Below, in pieces: positions 19,426-28,592 of a stretch of 64,000 bases of DNA. The position numbers and the translations under genes were made by a program. Source of the stretch: Gemmatimonadota bacterium. Its GTDB lineage: Bacteria; Gemmatimonadota; Gemmatimonadetes; Palauibacterales; Palauibacteraceae. The notes beneath the pieces are model-generated. The model was not told where the DNA came from and did not search any database. It worked only from the letters and a program-made list of their open reading frames with translations. Each line of letters begins with the position of its first letter. Position 1 is the stretch's first letter. The DNA is taken from NCBI GenBank assembly GCA_022825725.1, contig JAJDWE010000055.1, positions 28,919 through 92,918 on the forward strand, written 5' to 3'.

Positions 19426-20982
19426 TCACCCTCCCCCGATGCCCGGCAGCCCCGACCGGCTGCGGATTCGGTCCAGGAACTCCTGCTGCGCGATGAGCGA
19501 GGTGGGCACTGCGACGATCTCCTCGCCCTCCTCGAGTCCGCGGACGATCTGCGTGTGATCGAAGTCGCTGAGGCCGATCATGACGGGCTTCACGTCGAGG
19601 AGGCCGTTCGCATCGTACCTGAACACGAAGGCCGGGCGGGGCTCGTCGGGCCGCCGCGCCGGGCCGCCCCGGCCGCCCCCGGGTCCGCCGCCTCCCTGGT
19701 TGCGGAACTGCTGCATCATCCGCCGCCGCTCCTCGTCGGACATGTTCTGGAAGACCCGCATCCGCTCTTCCTGCGACATCGACTGGAACTCCGACATCGG
19801 AACCCCGCCGATCATCGCCTCCTCCTCGCCCTCCGCCGCTCCGTCCTCCGCCGCACCCTCCGGCCGATCCTGGCTCTGGAAGTCGCGCAGCAGCGCGTTG
19901 ACATCGGCGTCGATCTCGAGGGCCCGGACGATCTGGGCGGCCTCCTGCTGGGACTTGATGCCGCTGTTCGCCACCGCGAGCACGTCCTCCTGCCGCCCGA
20001 TCACGACTTCGACGTCCGCGTTCATCCCCGGCCGCAGCAGGTCCTCCTCGTTCGAGATGCGCGTGAGCACGGCGAACATGGTCACGTTTTGTTCGACCAC
20101 CGCCTGCGGTTCGATCTTGAGGACGGACCCCCGGAAGGTCCGGTTGGGATACGCTTCCACGGTGATGTCGGCGGGCAGTCCCGGCTGGAGCCGCCCGATG
20201 TCCGTTTCGTCGACGAGCATGCGCACCTGGACCTCGGTGAGGTCGGCCATCCGCATCAGCACGGTTCCGCCGGTGAGGTCGCGCGTCCCCGTGACGACCT
20301 GCCCCTGTTCCACCGTCCGCTCCACGATGGTGCCCGTGATCGGGGCCCGGAGCGTCACGTCGTCCAGCTTGTCCTCGGCCAGTTCGAGGTTGGTCGTCGC
20401 GCGGACCAGTGAAGCTCTCGCGTTCGCCGCCGAGAGGATCGCGCTCTCCAGCTCCTCCGAGGTCACGATATCGGACTCGTGGAGCGCTTCCACCCGCTCA
20501 AGCTGGCGTTCCGCGACATAGGCCTGGGCCTCGGCCACGTCCAGATCGGCCTGCGCCTGGGCGTGCGCGTTGTTCACGTCGCGCGGGTCGATCCGCACGA
20601 GGAGCGTTCCCAGTTCGACGTTGTCCCCGAGTTCGACGGGTAGCTGGAGAACCTCGCCTCCCGCCTGCGACTTGACCTCGATCACGCGGATCGGTTCGAC
20701 CGTCCCGGTCGCCTCGACGCTGGAGACGATGGTCTGGCGCCCCGCGGTCAGCGTTTGGAGTGTCTGCTCGGGTTCGTTGGCCTCGCCGGTCGCACAACCT
20801 GCGACCGCGAGTCCAAGCGCCGTGAGGACCGTGGCGTGGCCCGGGGAACCGCCTCGCAGGCGGGGGCGACGCCGGCAGCGTTCGAATATGGACATCGGAA
20901 TCTCGTCTCGTGTCGGGTCCGTGAAGGGCCAGCGGGGCGGCGAAACCGCGCCGTCGTAGCACGCTGAGAGGACACCCCGCAC
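19426..20982 (-). CDS. efflux membrane-fusion (periplasmic adaptor) lipoprotein, MacA/HlyD family
   Basis: Lipobox LGLAVAGC near the N-terminus (a likely start is the Met at about 20895). Coiled-coil hairpin, lipoyl/β-barrel regions and a C-terminal membrane-proximal domain (FVFRYDANGLLDVKPVMIGLSDFDHTQIVRGL). An unusual Met/Gln/Arg-rich and Gly-rich insertion lies before the C-terminal domain. Confidence 0.75.
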   Translation of the reverse strand: MRGVLSACYDGAVSPPRWPFTDPTRDEIPMSIFERCRRRPRLRGGSPGHATVLTALGLAVAGCATGEANEPEQTLQTLTAGRQTIVSSVEATGTVEPIRVIEVKSQAGGEVLQLPVELGDNVELGTLLVRIDPRDVNNAHAQAQADLDVAEAQAYVAERQLERVEALHESDIVTSEELESAILSAANARASLVRATTNLELAEDKLDDVTLRAPITGTIVERTVEQGQVVTGTRDLTGGTVLMRMADLTEVQVRMLVDETDIGRLQPGLPADITVEAYPNRTFRGSVLKIEPQAVVEQNVTMFAVLTRISNEEDLLRPGMNADVEVVIGRQEDVLAVANSGIKSQQEAAQIVRALEIDADVNALLRDFQSQDRPEGAAEDGAAEGEEEAMIGGVPMSEFQSMSQEERMRVFQNMSDEERRRMMQQFRNQGGGGPGGGRGGPARRPDEPRPAFVFRYDANGLLDVKPVMIGLSDFDHTQIVRGLEEGEEIVAVPTSLIAQQEFLDRIRSRSGLPGIGGG

Positions 20983-21023
20983 AGGTCCGACGTTGAAGAG
21001 ATTACGCCACGCGACGCGAGCGG

Positions 21024-22385
21024 TCAGGGTTGCGGCTGGTCGAGCCTCCGGCCGAGGAGGGCCTCGATTCCCGCGAGCGCCGCCTCGTACTGGAACCGGC
21101 CGCTGACGAGATCGACCTCCGCCTGCGTGAGCGTGATCTGCGCGTCCTGGAGTTCGAGGATGGTGGCGAGGCCGAGCTGGTACCGCTCCTGCACGACCCG
21201 GAGGCTCTCCTCGCTGAGTTCGACGTTCCGCTCTGCGAGATCCACCCCCGCGAGCGCGGACTGGGCCGTCGCGTAGCGCGCGTCGAGCAGTGAACTGATG
21301 TTCAGTCGCGCCGCCCGTTCGGATTGCCGGGCCTGGTCCGCCGAGGCCCGGGCGCGGAACACCTGGGTCTCGCGCTGGAAACCGTTGAAGAGGGGATAGC
21401 TGCCGCGAAGCGAAAAGGACCAGGAGCGGTTGGAGGGAGGGAACTCCTGGTTCGCCCAGCCGTAGCCCGCGCCGACCGTAATCGACGGCAGGTAGCTGGA
21501 GCGCGCGCTCGACACCGCCGCCTCGGCGGCCTCGACGGCCGCGGAGGCGGCCTGCAGCGCTGGAGCCGTCACATCGGCCATCGCGAACAGTTCGTCACGC
21601 GTGAAGGGGATCGCGGCCATCGCGAGTTCCGCCTCGGCGGTCGGCCCCACGAGGGTTTCGGAGCCGACGACCTCGGTGAGTTCGAAGGTCCGCGTGCGTG
21701 CGTTGTTCTCCGCGTTCAGAAGCGCGAGTTGCGCGTTGTTGAGGTCCACCTGCGAGCGGAGGGAGTCCGAGCGCGTCGCCCGTCCCAGCTCCAGCTGCTG
21801 CCTGACGAACTCGAGCTGGTCCGCCTGCCGCTGGACGCGGCGTTCCTCGACGGCGACGAGTTCACGTGCCGCGACGTTCGCCGAGTACGCCTGTTTCACC
21901 GCCTGGATGACCTGGAACTCGGCCTCGCGATAGCGGGCGTTCTGTTCGACGATTCCCAGACGGGCGCCCTTCAGGTCCGTGAACCGGCTCCAGCCGTTGA
22001 AGAGCGTGTATCCGGCGTTGATCTGAGTGGAGTAGCTCGTGGCGACGATCCCCTGGCTGAGGGCGTCGAGCCGTCCCGTCGATGAGTTCGAATAACCGAA
22101 GCTCATGTTGACTGACGGGAGGAGCTGGCCGATCGCGCTCAACTGGTTGTGCTCGGCCATCTCGATCTGCGAGTAGGCCTGGAGCAGCTGAGGGTTGCGG
22201 CGCAGCGCGATCTCGACCGCTTCATCGACCGTGATCTGGCGGACGTTGTCGCTCGCCTGCACCTGCGCCTCGGCCATCCGGGGCGACGCTCCCGCCAGCA
22301 GGATCGCCGGCAGCAGGACAAACCCCCATCGACGAAGACCGGCGCTCGGCCGGCCTCCGCACCCTGATCTATGTCGAATGGTCAT
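21024..22385 (-). CDS. TolC-family outer-membrane efflux protein
   Basis: 454 aa from the ATG at 22385 (MTIRHRS..., verified, GAGGAAAC SD). Signal peptide ending AEAQ, then the two-repeat TolC architecture with α-helical coiled-coil segments. The upstream 49 aa of the annotated ORF are non-homologous. Confidence 0.8.
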   Translation of the reverse strand: MTIRHRSGCGGRPSAGLRRWGFVLLPAILLAGASPRMAEAQVQASDNVRQITVDEAVEIALRRNPQLLQAYSQIEMAEHNQLSAIGQLLPSVNMSFGYSNSSTGRLDALSQGIVATSYSTQINAGYTLFNGWSRFTDLKGARLGIVEQNARYREAEFQVIQAVKQAYSANVAARELVAVEERRVQRQADQLEFVRQQLELGRATRSDSLRSQVDLNNAQLALLNAENNARTRTFELTEVVGSETLVGPTAEAELAMAAIPFTRDELFAMADVTAPALQAASAAVEAAEAAVSSARSSYLPSITVGAGYGWANQEFPPSNRSWSFSLRGSYPLFNGFQRETQVFRARASADQARQSERAARLNISSLLDARYATAQSALAGVDLAERNVELSEESLRVVQERYQLGLATILELQDAQITLTQAEVDLVSGRFQYEAALAGIEALLGRRLDQPQP

Positions 22386-22428
22386 CGTTTCCTCGCCCCC
22401 TGAGGGGCTGATTGACGTCTCTCGGTTG

Positions 22429-22890
22429 TCAGTTGTTTCGCTGCGGGTCGTCACGCCCTTGGGACCCCCGTTCGCCGCCGCGCTCCCGCCCGTCGCCGTA
22501 GCGCTGCCGCAGCAACTGCCGATAATCCTCACCCTGCTCCTCCGTCAGCGCCGACTCGATCTGCGTCCGGACCGAATCCATCAACGTCCGGTAGCTCCCG
22601 CGCAACGTCCGCATCCCGTCGCGGTAGTGATCGAGGAAGCCCTCGATCTGTGACCGTTGCTCGGCAGTCAAACCCAGTTCATCGGCGAATTGCTCGATCG
22701 TGGTCTGCCGTCCCCGCGACCCGTCATCGCGATCCCGCGTTTCGGGAGACGTAGTCTCCGCTGGCGGCTCGCCCACGGCTGCGTCGGCGAACAGATCGAG
22801 GCGGTCCGCCGCCACGCCGACTGCGGCGCCCGCCGCGAAGACGAGCGTCAGGAGCAGGATCGCCCGGAATCTCGAAGTGTCCATACGCAC
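22429..22890 (-). CDS. periplasmic LTXXQ-motif protein, CpxP/Spy/ZraP family
   Basis: Signal peptide (FRAILLLTLVFAAGAAVGVAA), two LTXXQ motifs (LGLTAEQRSQIEGFL, ALTEEQGEDYRQLL) and a charged C-terminal tail. It sits directly downstream of the sigma/anti-sigma pair. Confidence 0.65.
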   Translation of the reverse strand: MRMDTSRFRAILLLTLVFAAGAAVGVAADRLDLFADAAVGEPPAETTSPETRDRDDGSRGRQTTIEQFADELGLTAEQRSQIEGFLDHYRDGMRTLRGSYRTLMDSVRTQIESALTEEQGEDYRQLLRQRYGDGRERGGERGSQGRDDPQRNN

Positions 22891-22915
22891 CCGGTTCGTG
22901 TCGCGTTTCAGCGAG

Positions 22916-23359
22916 TTACGGATTGATGAGCGCGGCCGTCAGCACCGCGTCGCGGCTCGGTTCGACGAGGTCGATGAGCAGCGCGGGCGGGGCTTCGGCG
23001 TCCGGTGCCAGCGAACGCACCAGCCCGATCGGCTCCGGATCCACGTCCGCGGCGAGCGCGGGCGCATCCGGCAGGGAGATGCGATACAGCAGAACGCCGG
23101 CCGCGACGAGCAAACCCGCGGCCAGCGGCGCGAGCGCCGCGGACCAGCTTGCGGTCACGTCGAGCCAGGAGAGAGGCCGCCGCTCGAACAGCGCCTCCGC
23201 CGCAGCCATCACGCTCTGGCGCAGGCGGCGGCGCGTGACGTCATCGGGCCGCAGGGGCTCGAGATACTCGGCCCACGCGGGCCCGCGCCCGCCGTCCCGA
23301 TTCTGATCTCTCCTATTCGTCCTCATCTGTTCCTCCGGCGCCCGAGGCGGGCGCGTCAC
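22916..23359 (-). CDS. putative membrane-anchored anti-sigma factor
   Basis: Overlaps the 3' end of the ECF sigma gene by 47 nt. Charged N-terminus, single TM (ALAPLAAGLLVAAGVLLY) and a short periplasmic tail. Confidence 0.55.
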   Translation of the reverse strand: MTRPPRAPEEQMRTNRRDQNRDGGRGPAWAEYLEPLRPDDVTRRRLRQSVMAAAEALFERRPLSWLDVTASWSAALAPLAAGLLVAAGVLLYRISLPDAPALAADVDPEPIGLVRSLAPDAEAPPALLIDLVEPSRDAVLTAALINP

Positions 23360-23972
23360 CGAGAAGCCGGCGCAGCGCGTGCCTGCCGTGATGAAGGTTC
23401 GCCCTCGAAGTTCCGACTGCGATCCCGAGAATCTTCGCGATCTCCGCGTGGTCGTACCCTTCGAGGTCGTACATCATGACTGCCGTTCTCTGTCGTTCCG
23501 GAAGCTGCCCGAGTGCGTCGAGCACCCGCTTCCGTGCGTGTCTCCGCTCGAATTCACGATGCGGATCGTCCCGCGACGCCGCCGTGTCCGTCAGCTCCGA
23601 ATGCGTCCGCAGAAGCTCACGCCGCCGGAGGTTCAGGCACGTGCTCCGCAGCACGCGATAGAACCACGGACCGAAACGGCTTCCCGGCCGCAACTGCCCG
23701 ATCCGCTCAAGGGCGCGAATGAACGCGGCCTGCACCGCGTCTTCCGCGTCCTGCTCGTGGCGAAGAATCGACAGCGCCACCGCGTAGGCCGGGTCCGTGT
23801 ATCTCGTCACGAACAGGGAAAACGCCCGCGAATCGCCGGCCTGCACGGCCTCCACGAGGCCGGGCTCGTCCGCGCCGGGATCCGGCCGCTCCGCAGGTCC
23901 GGAGCCGGGGCCGGTCGCGTCGCCCGGCGATCCGTTACGCGTTCGCGTTTCCTCCGCCAAAGGCATCCCCAT
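23313..23972 (-). CDS. ECF (group IV) RNA polymerase sigma-70 factor
   Basis: Region 2 (FSLFVTRYTDPAYAVALSILRHEQDAEDAVQAAFIRA) and region 4 HTH (ERQRTAVMMYDLEGYDHAEIAKILGIAVGTSRANLHHGRHALRRLL). Confidence 0.8.
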   Translation of the reverse strand: MGMPLAEETRTRNGSPGDATGPGSGPAERPDPGADEPGLVEAVQAGDSRAFSLFVTRYTDPAYAVALSILRHEQDAEDAVQAAFIRALERIGQLRPGSRFGPWFYRVLRSTCLNLRRRELLRTHSELTDTAASRDDPHREFERRHARKRVLDALGQLPERQRTAVMMYDLEGYDHAEIAKILGIAVGTSRANLHHGRHALRRLLGDAPASGAGGTDEDE

Positions 23973-24172
23973 CGCTTGGGTAACACGCCCTCGATGCCGG
24001 CCGTTGCACCGGCTCCGGGCGGCGTTTGCCCCGGCGCTTGTTCCTTCACCGTGGCCGTCGCATCTTCGGCTCCGTGAACAACGAAACGCAAGCCCGGCCC
24101 GCCGCCGCCGAAACGCCCGATCGAGCCCACGCTCTGGCCGGCCGAACCCTCATCCAGGAACGCATCCGCGGT

Positions 24173-24622
24173 ATGAAAAAAGTCGTGGGGCGAAGGCTCT
24201 CGCCCGGCGACATCGTCCTCAGGAAAGCACCTCCCGAAGTGCGGCGCCATCTCTTCGAGGAGGCGTGCGAGCTGTACTGGAACGAGATGAGTTGGGAGGA
24301 GATCACCGAAGAGGAACTCATCGGCGACGAGGAACTCACGGAGATGATCTTCCCCGGGCTGCTCGCGCTCATCGACGCGTTCCTTCCGAAAGCTCCGAAC
24401 GGGGAGCCGGATCGAGACCGCGAGCACCGCGACGTCGTACACGACTTTCTGGATTGGCTGGCCGCTCGGCTCGTGACGCTGCGCGAGGCGCGACCCGCCG
24501 CGGAAGACGCGAGGGCGCGCAACCTCCGCCAGAAGAATGTGACGGATTCCCTCATCGACCTCATCGCGTTCCGCGTGTGCGCACTGACGATCGACGAGAT
24601 CGAGACCTACCAGAACGCCTGA
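24173..24622 (+). CDS. hypothetical acidic protein. The start is uncertain; the ORF extends to 24026.
   Basis: Start at the in-frame Met 24173 (MKKVVGRRL...). Glu/Asp-rich with no recognisable family. Divergent from the ECF sigma gene. Confidence 0.35.
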   Translation: MKKVVGRRLSPGDIVLRKAPPEVRRHLFEEACELYWNEMSWEEITEEELIGDEELTEMIFPGLLALIDAFLPKAPNGEPDRDREHRDVVHDFLDWLAARLVTLREARPAAEDARARNLRQKNVTDSLIDLIAFRVCALTIDEIETYQNA

Positions 24623-24644
24623 ATTCCATTCGAAGAAAAGACGG

Positions 24645-25394
24645 ATGAATACGATAGTCTGCATGAAACGCGTGCCGGACTCGGCCACGCGGGTGAGAGT
24701 GACCCCCGACGGCGCGGGACTGGACCCGGCCGGCGTCAAGTACGTCGTGAACCCCTACGACGAGTTCGCGCTCGAGGATGCGATCCGCCGCAAGGAAGAG
24801 GCGGGGGAGGGGAAGGTGACGGTCATCGCCCTCGGCCCCCCGGAGACCGCCGAATCGATCCGCCAGGCGCTCGCGATGGGGGCGGATGAGGGCATCCTGC
24901 TCGCGTGCGCGGGCTCGCACGACGCGCTCTCCGTGGCGCGGGCGCTCGCCGACGAGATTCGCGGCCGCGAAGTCGACCTCGTGCTGTTCGGGAAGCAGGC
25001 GATCGATGACGACAACATGCAGGTCCCGCAGATGGTGGCCGAGTTCCTGGGCCTCCCGTGCGCGACCGTCGTCGTCGGCCTCGAGATCGAGGGAGGGAAG
25101 GCGACGGCCCGTCGCGAGGTGGAAGGGGGCCACGAGGTCGTCGAGTTCTCGCTGCCGGCCGTCGTGTCGACGCAGAAGGGGCTCAACGAGCCGCGGTATC
25201 CGAGCCTCAAGGGGATCATGGCGGCGAAGCGGAAGCCTCTCGAGGAACGGGAGGTGACGCTCGATGCGCCGACCATCGAATTCCTCCGCCTCGACGAACC
25301 GCCGGCGCCGGCCGAGGGCCGGATCGTCGGAGAGGGGGTGGACGCCGTTCCCGAGCTGGTGCGGGCGCTGCGCGACGAAGCGGGGGTGCTCTGA
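24645..25394 (+). CDS. etfB: electron transfer flavoprotein subunit beta
   Basis: MNTIVCMKRVPDSATRVRV...VKYVVNPYDEFALEDAIRRKEE...VTVIALGP is the canonical EtfB N-terminus with full-length colinearity. Its stop overlaps the etfA start (ATGA at 25391-25394). Confidence 0.9.
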   Translation: MNTIVCMKRVPDSATRVRVTPDGAGLDPAGVKYVVNPYDEFALEDAIRRKEEAGEGKVTVIALGPPETAESIRQALAMGADEGILLACAGSHDALSVARALADEIRGREVDLVLFGKQAIDDDNMQVPQMVAEFLGLPCATVVVGLEIEGGKATARREVEGGHEVVEFSLPAVVSTQKGLNEPRYPSLKGIMAAKRKPLEEREVTLDAPTIEFLRLDEPPAPAEGRIVGEGVDAVPELVRALRDEAGVL

Positions 25395-26377
25395 TGCCCG
25401 GGGCGCTGGCGTACGCCGAGATCCGCGAGGGATCGGTGAGCCGGGCCTCGCGGGAGGCGGTCGGGCTCGCGCGGCGCATCGCCGCTGACGCGGGGGGAGA
25501 GACCCACGCGGTCGCGCTCGGTCCGCCCGGTACGGAGGCGGCGGCCGCGCAACTCGCCGGCTTTGGCGCCGACCGCACCTGGGTCGGCGAGTCCGAGTCT
25601 CTCGAGCTGTGTCAGCCGGACATCGCCGCCGCGGCCATCGCCCGGCTCGTCGAGGCCGGGGACTACGACGCCGTGATCTTCGCGGCGACCGCCCAGGGGA
25701 GGGACATCGCTCCCCGCGTCGGCGCGCGGCTCGGGCGGAGCGTGGCCTCGGAAGTCATCGAATGCCGCCGAGAGGACGGCGCCATCGTCGTCCGTCGACC
25801 CATGTATGCCGGGAAGGCGATCGCGACCCTGCGCTTCACCCCGGGTCCGGCCGTGATGACGATCCGGGCCAACGTCTTCGCGCCGGCCGAGGAGAGCGCG
25901 GCGGGGCAGGTCTCGAGCCTGGATCTCGAGAGTCTCGACGGCCGGGTGCGGACGACCGCCCTGGAGCAGGGGGATCGCGACCGGCTCGATGTGAGCGAGG
26001 CGACGACGATCGTCTCGGGCGGCCGCGGGATGCAGGGGCCGGAGCACTGGCCGCTGCTCGAGGGGCTCGTGGAAGCACTCGGCGACGAGGCGGCGCTCGG
26101 CGCGAGCCGGGCGGTGGTGGATGCGGGCTGGCGGCCGCATGGCGAACAGGTGGGCCAGACCGGCAAGACCGTGTCCCCCAACCTGTACTTCGCGGTCGGG
26201 ATCAGCGGCGCGATCCAGCACCTGGCCGGGATGCGCACGGCCAAGGTCATCGTGGCAATCAACCGCGATGCGGATGCGCCGATCTTCGGGGTCGCGGACT
26301 ACGGTCTCGTGGGGGACGTGTTCGAGGTGCTGCCCGCGCTCACCGAGGCGGTTCGCGAAGCCCGCCAGGGCAGTTGA
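25394..26377 (+). CDS. etfA: electron transfer flavoprotein subunit alpha
   Basis: FAD-binding C-terminal signature (TIVSGGRGMQGPEHW...AVGISGAIQHLAGMRTAKVIVAINRDADAPIF). The ATG at 25394 was verified and is translationally coupled to etfB. Confidence 0.9.
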   Translation: MPGALAYAEIREGSVSRASREAVGLARRIAADAGGETHAVALGPPGTEAAAAQLAGFGADRTWVGESESLELCQPDIAAAAIARLVEAGDYDAVIFAATAQGRDIAPRVGARLGRSVASEVIECRREDGAIVVRRPMYAGKAIATLRFTPGPAVMTIRANVFAPAEESAAGQVSSLDLESLDGRVRTTALEQGDRDRLDVSEATTIVSGGRGMQGPEHWPLLEGLVEALGDEAALGASRAVVDAGWRPHGEQVGQTGKTVSPNLYFAVGISGAIQHLAGMRTAKVIVAINRDADAPIFGVADYGLVGDVFEVLPALTEAVREARQGS

Positions 26378-26393
26378 GTCCGGATCGGCCGGC

Positions 26394-27434
26394 ATGAGTC
26401 TCCGGGCCGTGCGCGACGACATCGCGCGTTGGGCGGAACAGGGCGACCCCATCGCCATGGCGACGCTCATCGCCGTGCGCCGTTCGGCCCCGCTGCCCCC
26501 GGGCGCGCGGTTCGCGATCTCGGCCGCCGGGGAGTTGAGCGGTTCGATTTCGAGCGGGTGCGTGGAGGGCGACTTGCACGAACGGCTCTCCGCGCTGCTG
26601 GGCGGCGGCGCGCCGGCCTCCGTCACGTACGGAATCACGGACGAGATGGCCGCGGGCGTGGGCCTCTCCTGCGGAGGGGAGATCGACGTCCTCCTCGACC
26701 ATTACGATCCCGGCGACCCCGTCTGGCATCGCCTCTGGCAGCTCCAGGAGGCCGGCGCCCCGGGCGTCCTCCTCACCGGCGCGGCGCCGCCCACGTGCTC
26801 GCGGCAACTCCTCCTCGAACCGGACCGGTCGCTGGGAACGCTCGGGTCCGCCGAACTCGACCGGGCGGCCCGCTCCCGCGTCGACGATTGGCTCGGCCGG
26901 TCGGACGCCCGCGTCGTCGAACTCGTGCGGGACGATCCGGACAGCCTCGTCTTCGTCGAGTCCTTCGCCCCTCCGCCGCGGCTCGTCATCGTGGGGGCGA
27001 CCCCGATCGGGCATGCGCTGTGCGCCATGGCGCATCGAACCGGCTTCGAGGTCGTGGTCGTGGATCCGCGCGAGGCCTTCCTGCGGCCGGAGCGGTTTCC
27101 GGACGCCGCGTCGCTCGATGCGCGCTGGCCGGACGAGGCGATGGCCGCGCTCGATCTCGACCCCCGGACGAGCGTCGTCATCCTCACGCACGACGAGAAG
27201 CTGGATGAGCCCGCGCTGGAGACGGCGCTCAACTCCCGCTGCGGCTACATCGGTCTCCTCGGCGGACGCCGGACGCAGCAGCAACGACGAGCCGCGCTCC
27301 TCGCGCGGGGGCTGGACGAGGCGGCATGCGACCGCATCCACGGTCCGGTCGGGCTGCGGATCGGCGCCCGCTCGCCCGCGCAGATCGCCGTCTCCATCCT
27401 CGCGCAGCTCATCGACCTCGACCGAGCGCCCTGA
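26394..27434 (+). CDS. XdhC/CoxI-family accessory protein (molybdo-enzyme maturation factor-like)
   Basis: N-terminal XdhC_CoxI domain (ATLIAVRRSAPLPPGARFAISAAGELSGSISSGCVEGD) and a C-terminal Rossmann domain (LVIVGATPIGHALCAMAHRTGFEVVVVDPRE...YIGLLG). The ATG at 26394 was verified, 17 nt after etfA. Confidence 0.75.
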   Translation: MSLRAVRDDIARWAEQGDPIAMATLIAVRRSAPLPPGARFAISAAGELSGSISSGCVEGDLHERLSALLGGGAPASVTYGITDEMAAGVGLSCGGEIDVLLDHYDPGDPVWHRLWQLQEAGAPGVLLTGAAPPTCSRQLLLEPDRSLGTLGSAELDRAARSRVDDWLGRSDARVVELVRDDPDSLVFVESFAPPPRLVIVGATPIGHALCAMAHRTGFEVVVVDPREAFLRPERFPDAASLDARWPDEAMAALDLDPRTSVVILTHDEKLDEPALETALNSRCGYIGLLGGRRTQQQRRAALLARGLDEAACDRIHGPVGLRIGARSPAQIAVSILAQLIDLDRAP

Positions 27435-27476
27435 TGCTGGCGCGAGATCGCGCCCCTCAGTTTCAGTGGCGCGCGT

Positions 27477-28592
27477 TCAGTCGCGCGCGCGCCGGATCTT
27501 CCATCGGTCCACCACGCGCCGCCCCCGCACGACCTCGAAATGATCGAAGTGCGCGACTGTGAGGCAGGCGTGATTCGGAAGGACGCGGACCTGCTCGCCC
27601 ACGGCGAACCGCCCGGACAGGCGCCCGTGTTCCTGGCTCACGGAGTTCACCCGATGGTCGCTCAGCTCCCGTCCGGACGTGTCGCGGAAGAGGCGGCCGT
27701 AGTGAGGCGGATCGTCCGGTCCCACGTCCTTGGACAAGGCGAGCGCGCCGCAGTCCGCGATCGCCCCGCCGGATCCTTCGCGCGCCGAAACGACCGTCGC
27801 GAGCACCGTGACCGCGCAGTCGCGCACCGCGCAGGACCCCAGCCGCGTCTGGGTGTAATCGTAGAGCGCGTAGTTTCCCGGCCGGGCCTCGTCGATCCCC
27901 TCCAGCGTCTCGACCCGGCTCATCCCCGGCGTCGAACCGAGCGAGAGCACCCCCGGTTCGAGCCCCGCCGCGCGGAGCGCGCGTCCTACCTCGACCATCG
28001 CCCGTCGCTCCTCCTCCGCCAGCGCGGCGATGGCGGCCGACGAACCCGCTCCGTAGGTGTGGCCGGCGTGCGTGAGGCAGCCGCGCAGCGCGAGCCGCCC
28101 CGCGCGTGAGATCCGCCTCGCGATCTCGACGACCCGGCCGCTGTCCTGCGGGACGCCGGAGCGTCCGTAGCCACAGTCGATTTCGAGCCACACCGGGAAG
28201 GAAACGCCCGCGGCTTCGAGCGCCTCGACGGCCGTGAGGGAGTCCACCGTCACGCCGAGTTCGACGCGCCGGGAGAGCGCGGCCGCCTCGCCGATCCGTG
28301 AGAGATTGAGGGGAAAGGCCCACAGGATGTCGTCGAAGCCCGCCTCCGCGAAGATCCGGGCCTCCGCGAGCGTGGAAACGGCGATGCCCGAGGCGCCGCG
28401 CGATCGCTGGCGTTCGGCGATCTCCACGCATTTGTGCGTCTTCACGTGGGGGCGAAGCCGAACGCCGAGGGCGTCCGTGCGTTCCTGCATGACCCGGAGG
28501 TTGTTCTCCAGGACATCGAGATCGAGGATAAGCGCCGGAGTGCGGAGATCGGACAGGTCCGGCGCGTGGGTGGCAGCGTTCCCGGCGTTCAC
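27477..28592 (-). CDS. PLP-dependent alanine-racemase-fold enzyme, DSD1-family (D-serine dehydratase-like / D-threonine aldolase-like)
   Basis: TPALILDLDVLENNLRVM...RPHVKTHKC gives the PLP-lysine motif of the fold-type III DSD1 family. A C-terminal β-domain is present. Confidence 0.7.
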   Translation of the reverse strand: MNAGNAATHAPDLSDLRTPALILDLDVLENNLRVMQERTDALGVRLRPHVKTHKCVEIAERQRSRGASGIAVSTLAEARIFAEAGFDDILWAFPLNLSRIGEAAALSRRVELGVTVDSLTAVEALEAAGVSFPVWLEIDCGYGRSGVPQDSGRVVEIARRISRAGRLALRGCLTHAGHTYGAGSSAAIAALAEEERRAMVEVGRALRAAGLEPGVLSLGSTPGMSRVETLEGIDEARPGNYALYDYTQTRLGSCAVRDCAVTVLATVVSAREGSGGAIADCGALALSKDVGPDDPPHYGRLFRDTSGRELSDHRVNSVSQEHGRLSGRFAVGEQVRVLPNHACLTVAHFDHFEVVRGRRVVDRWKIRRARD

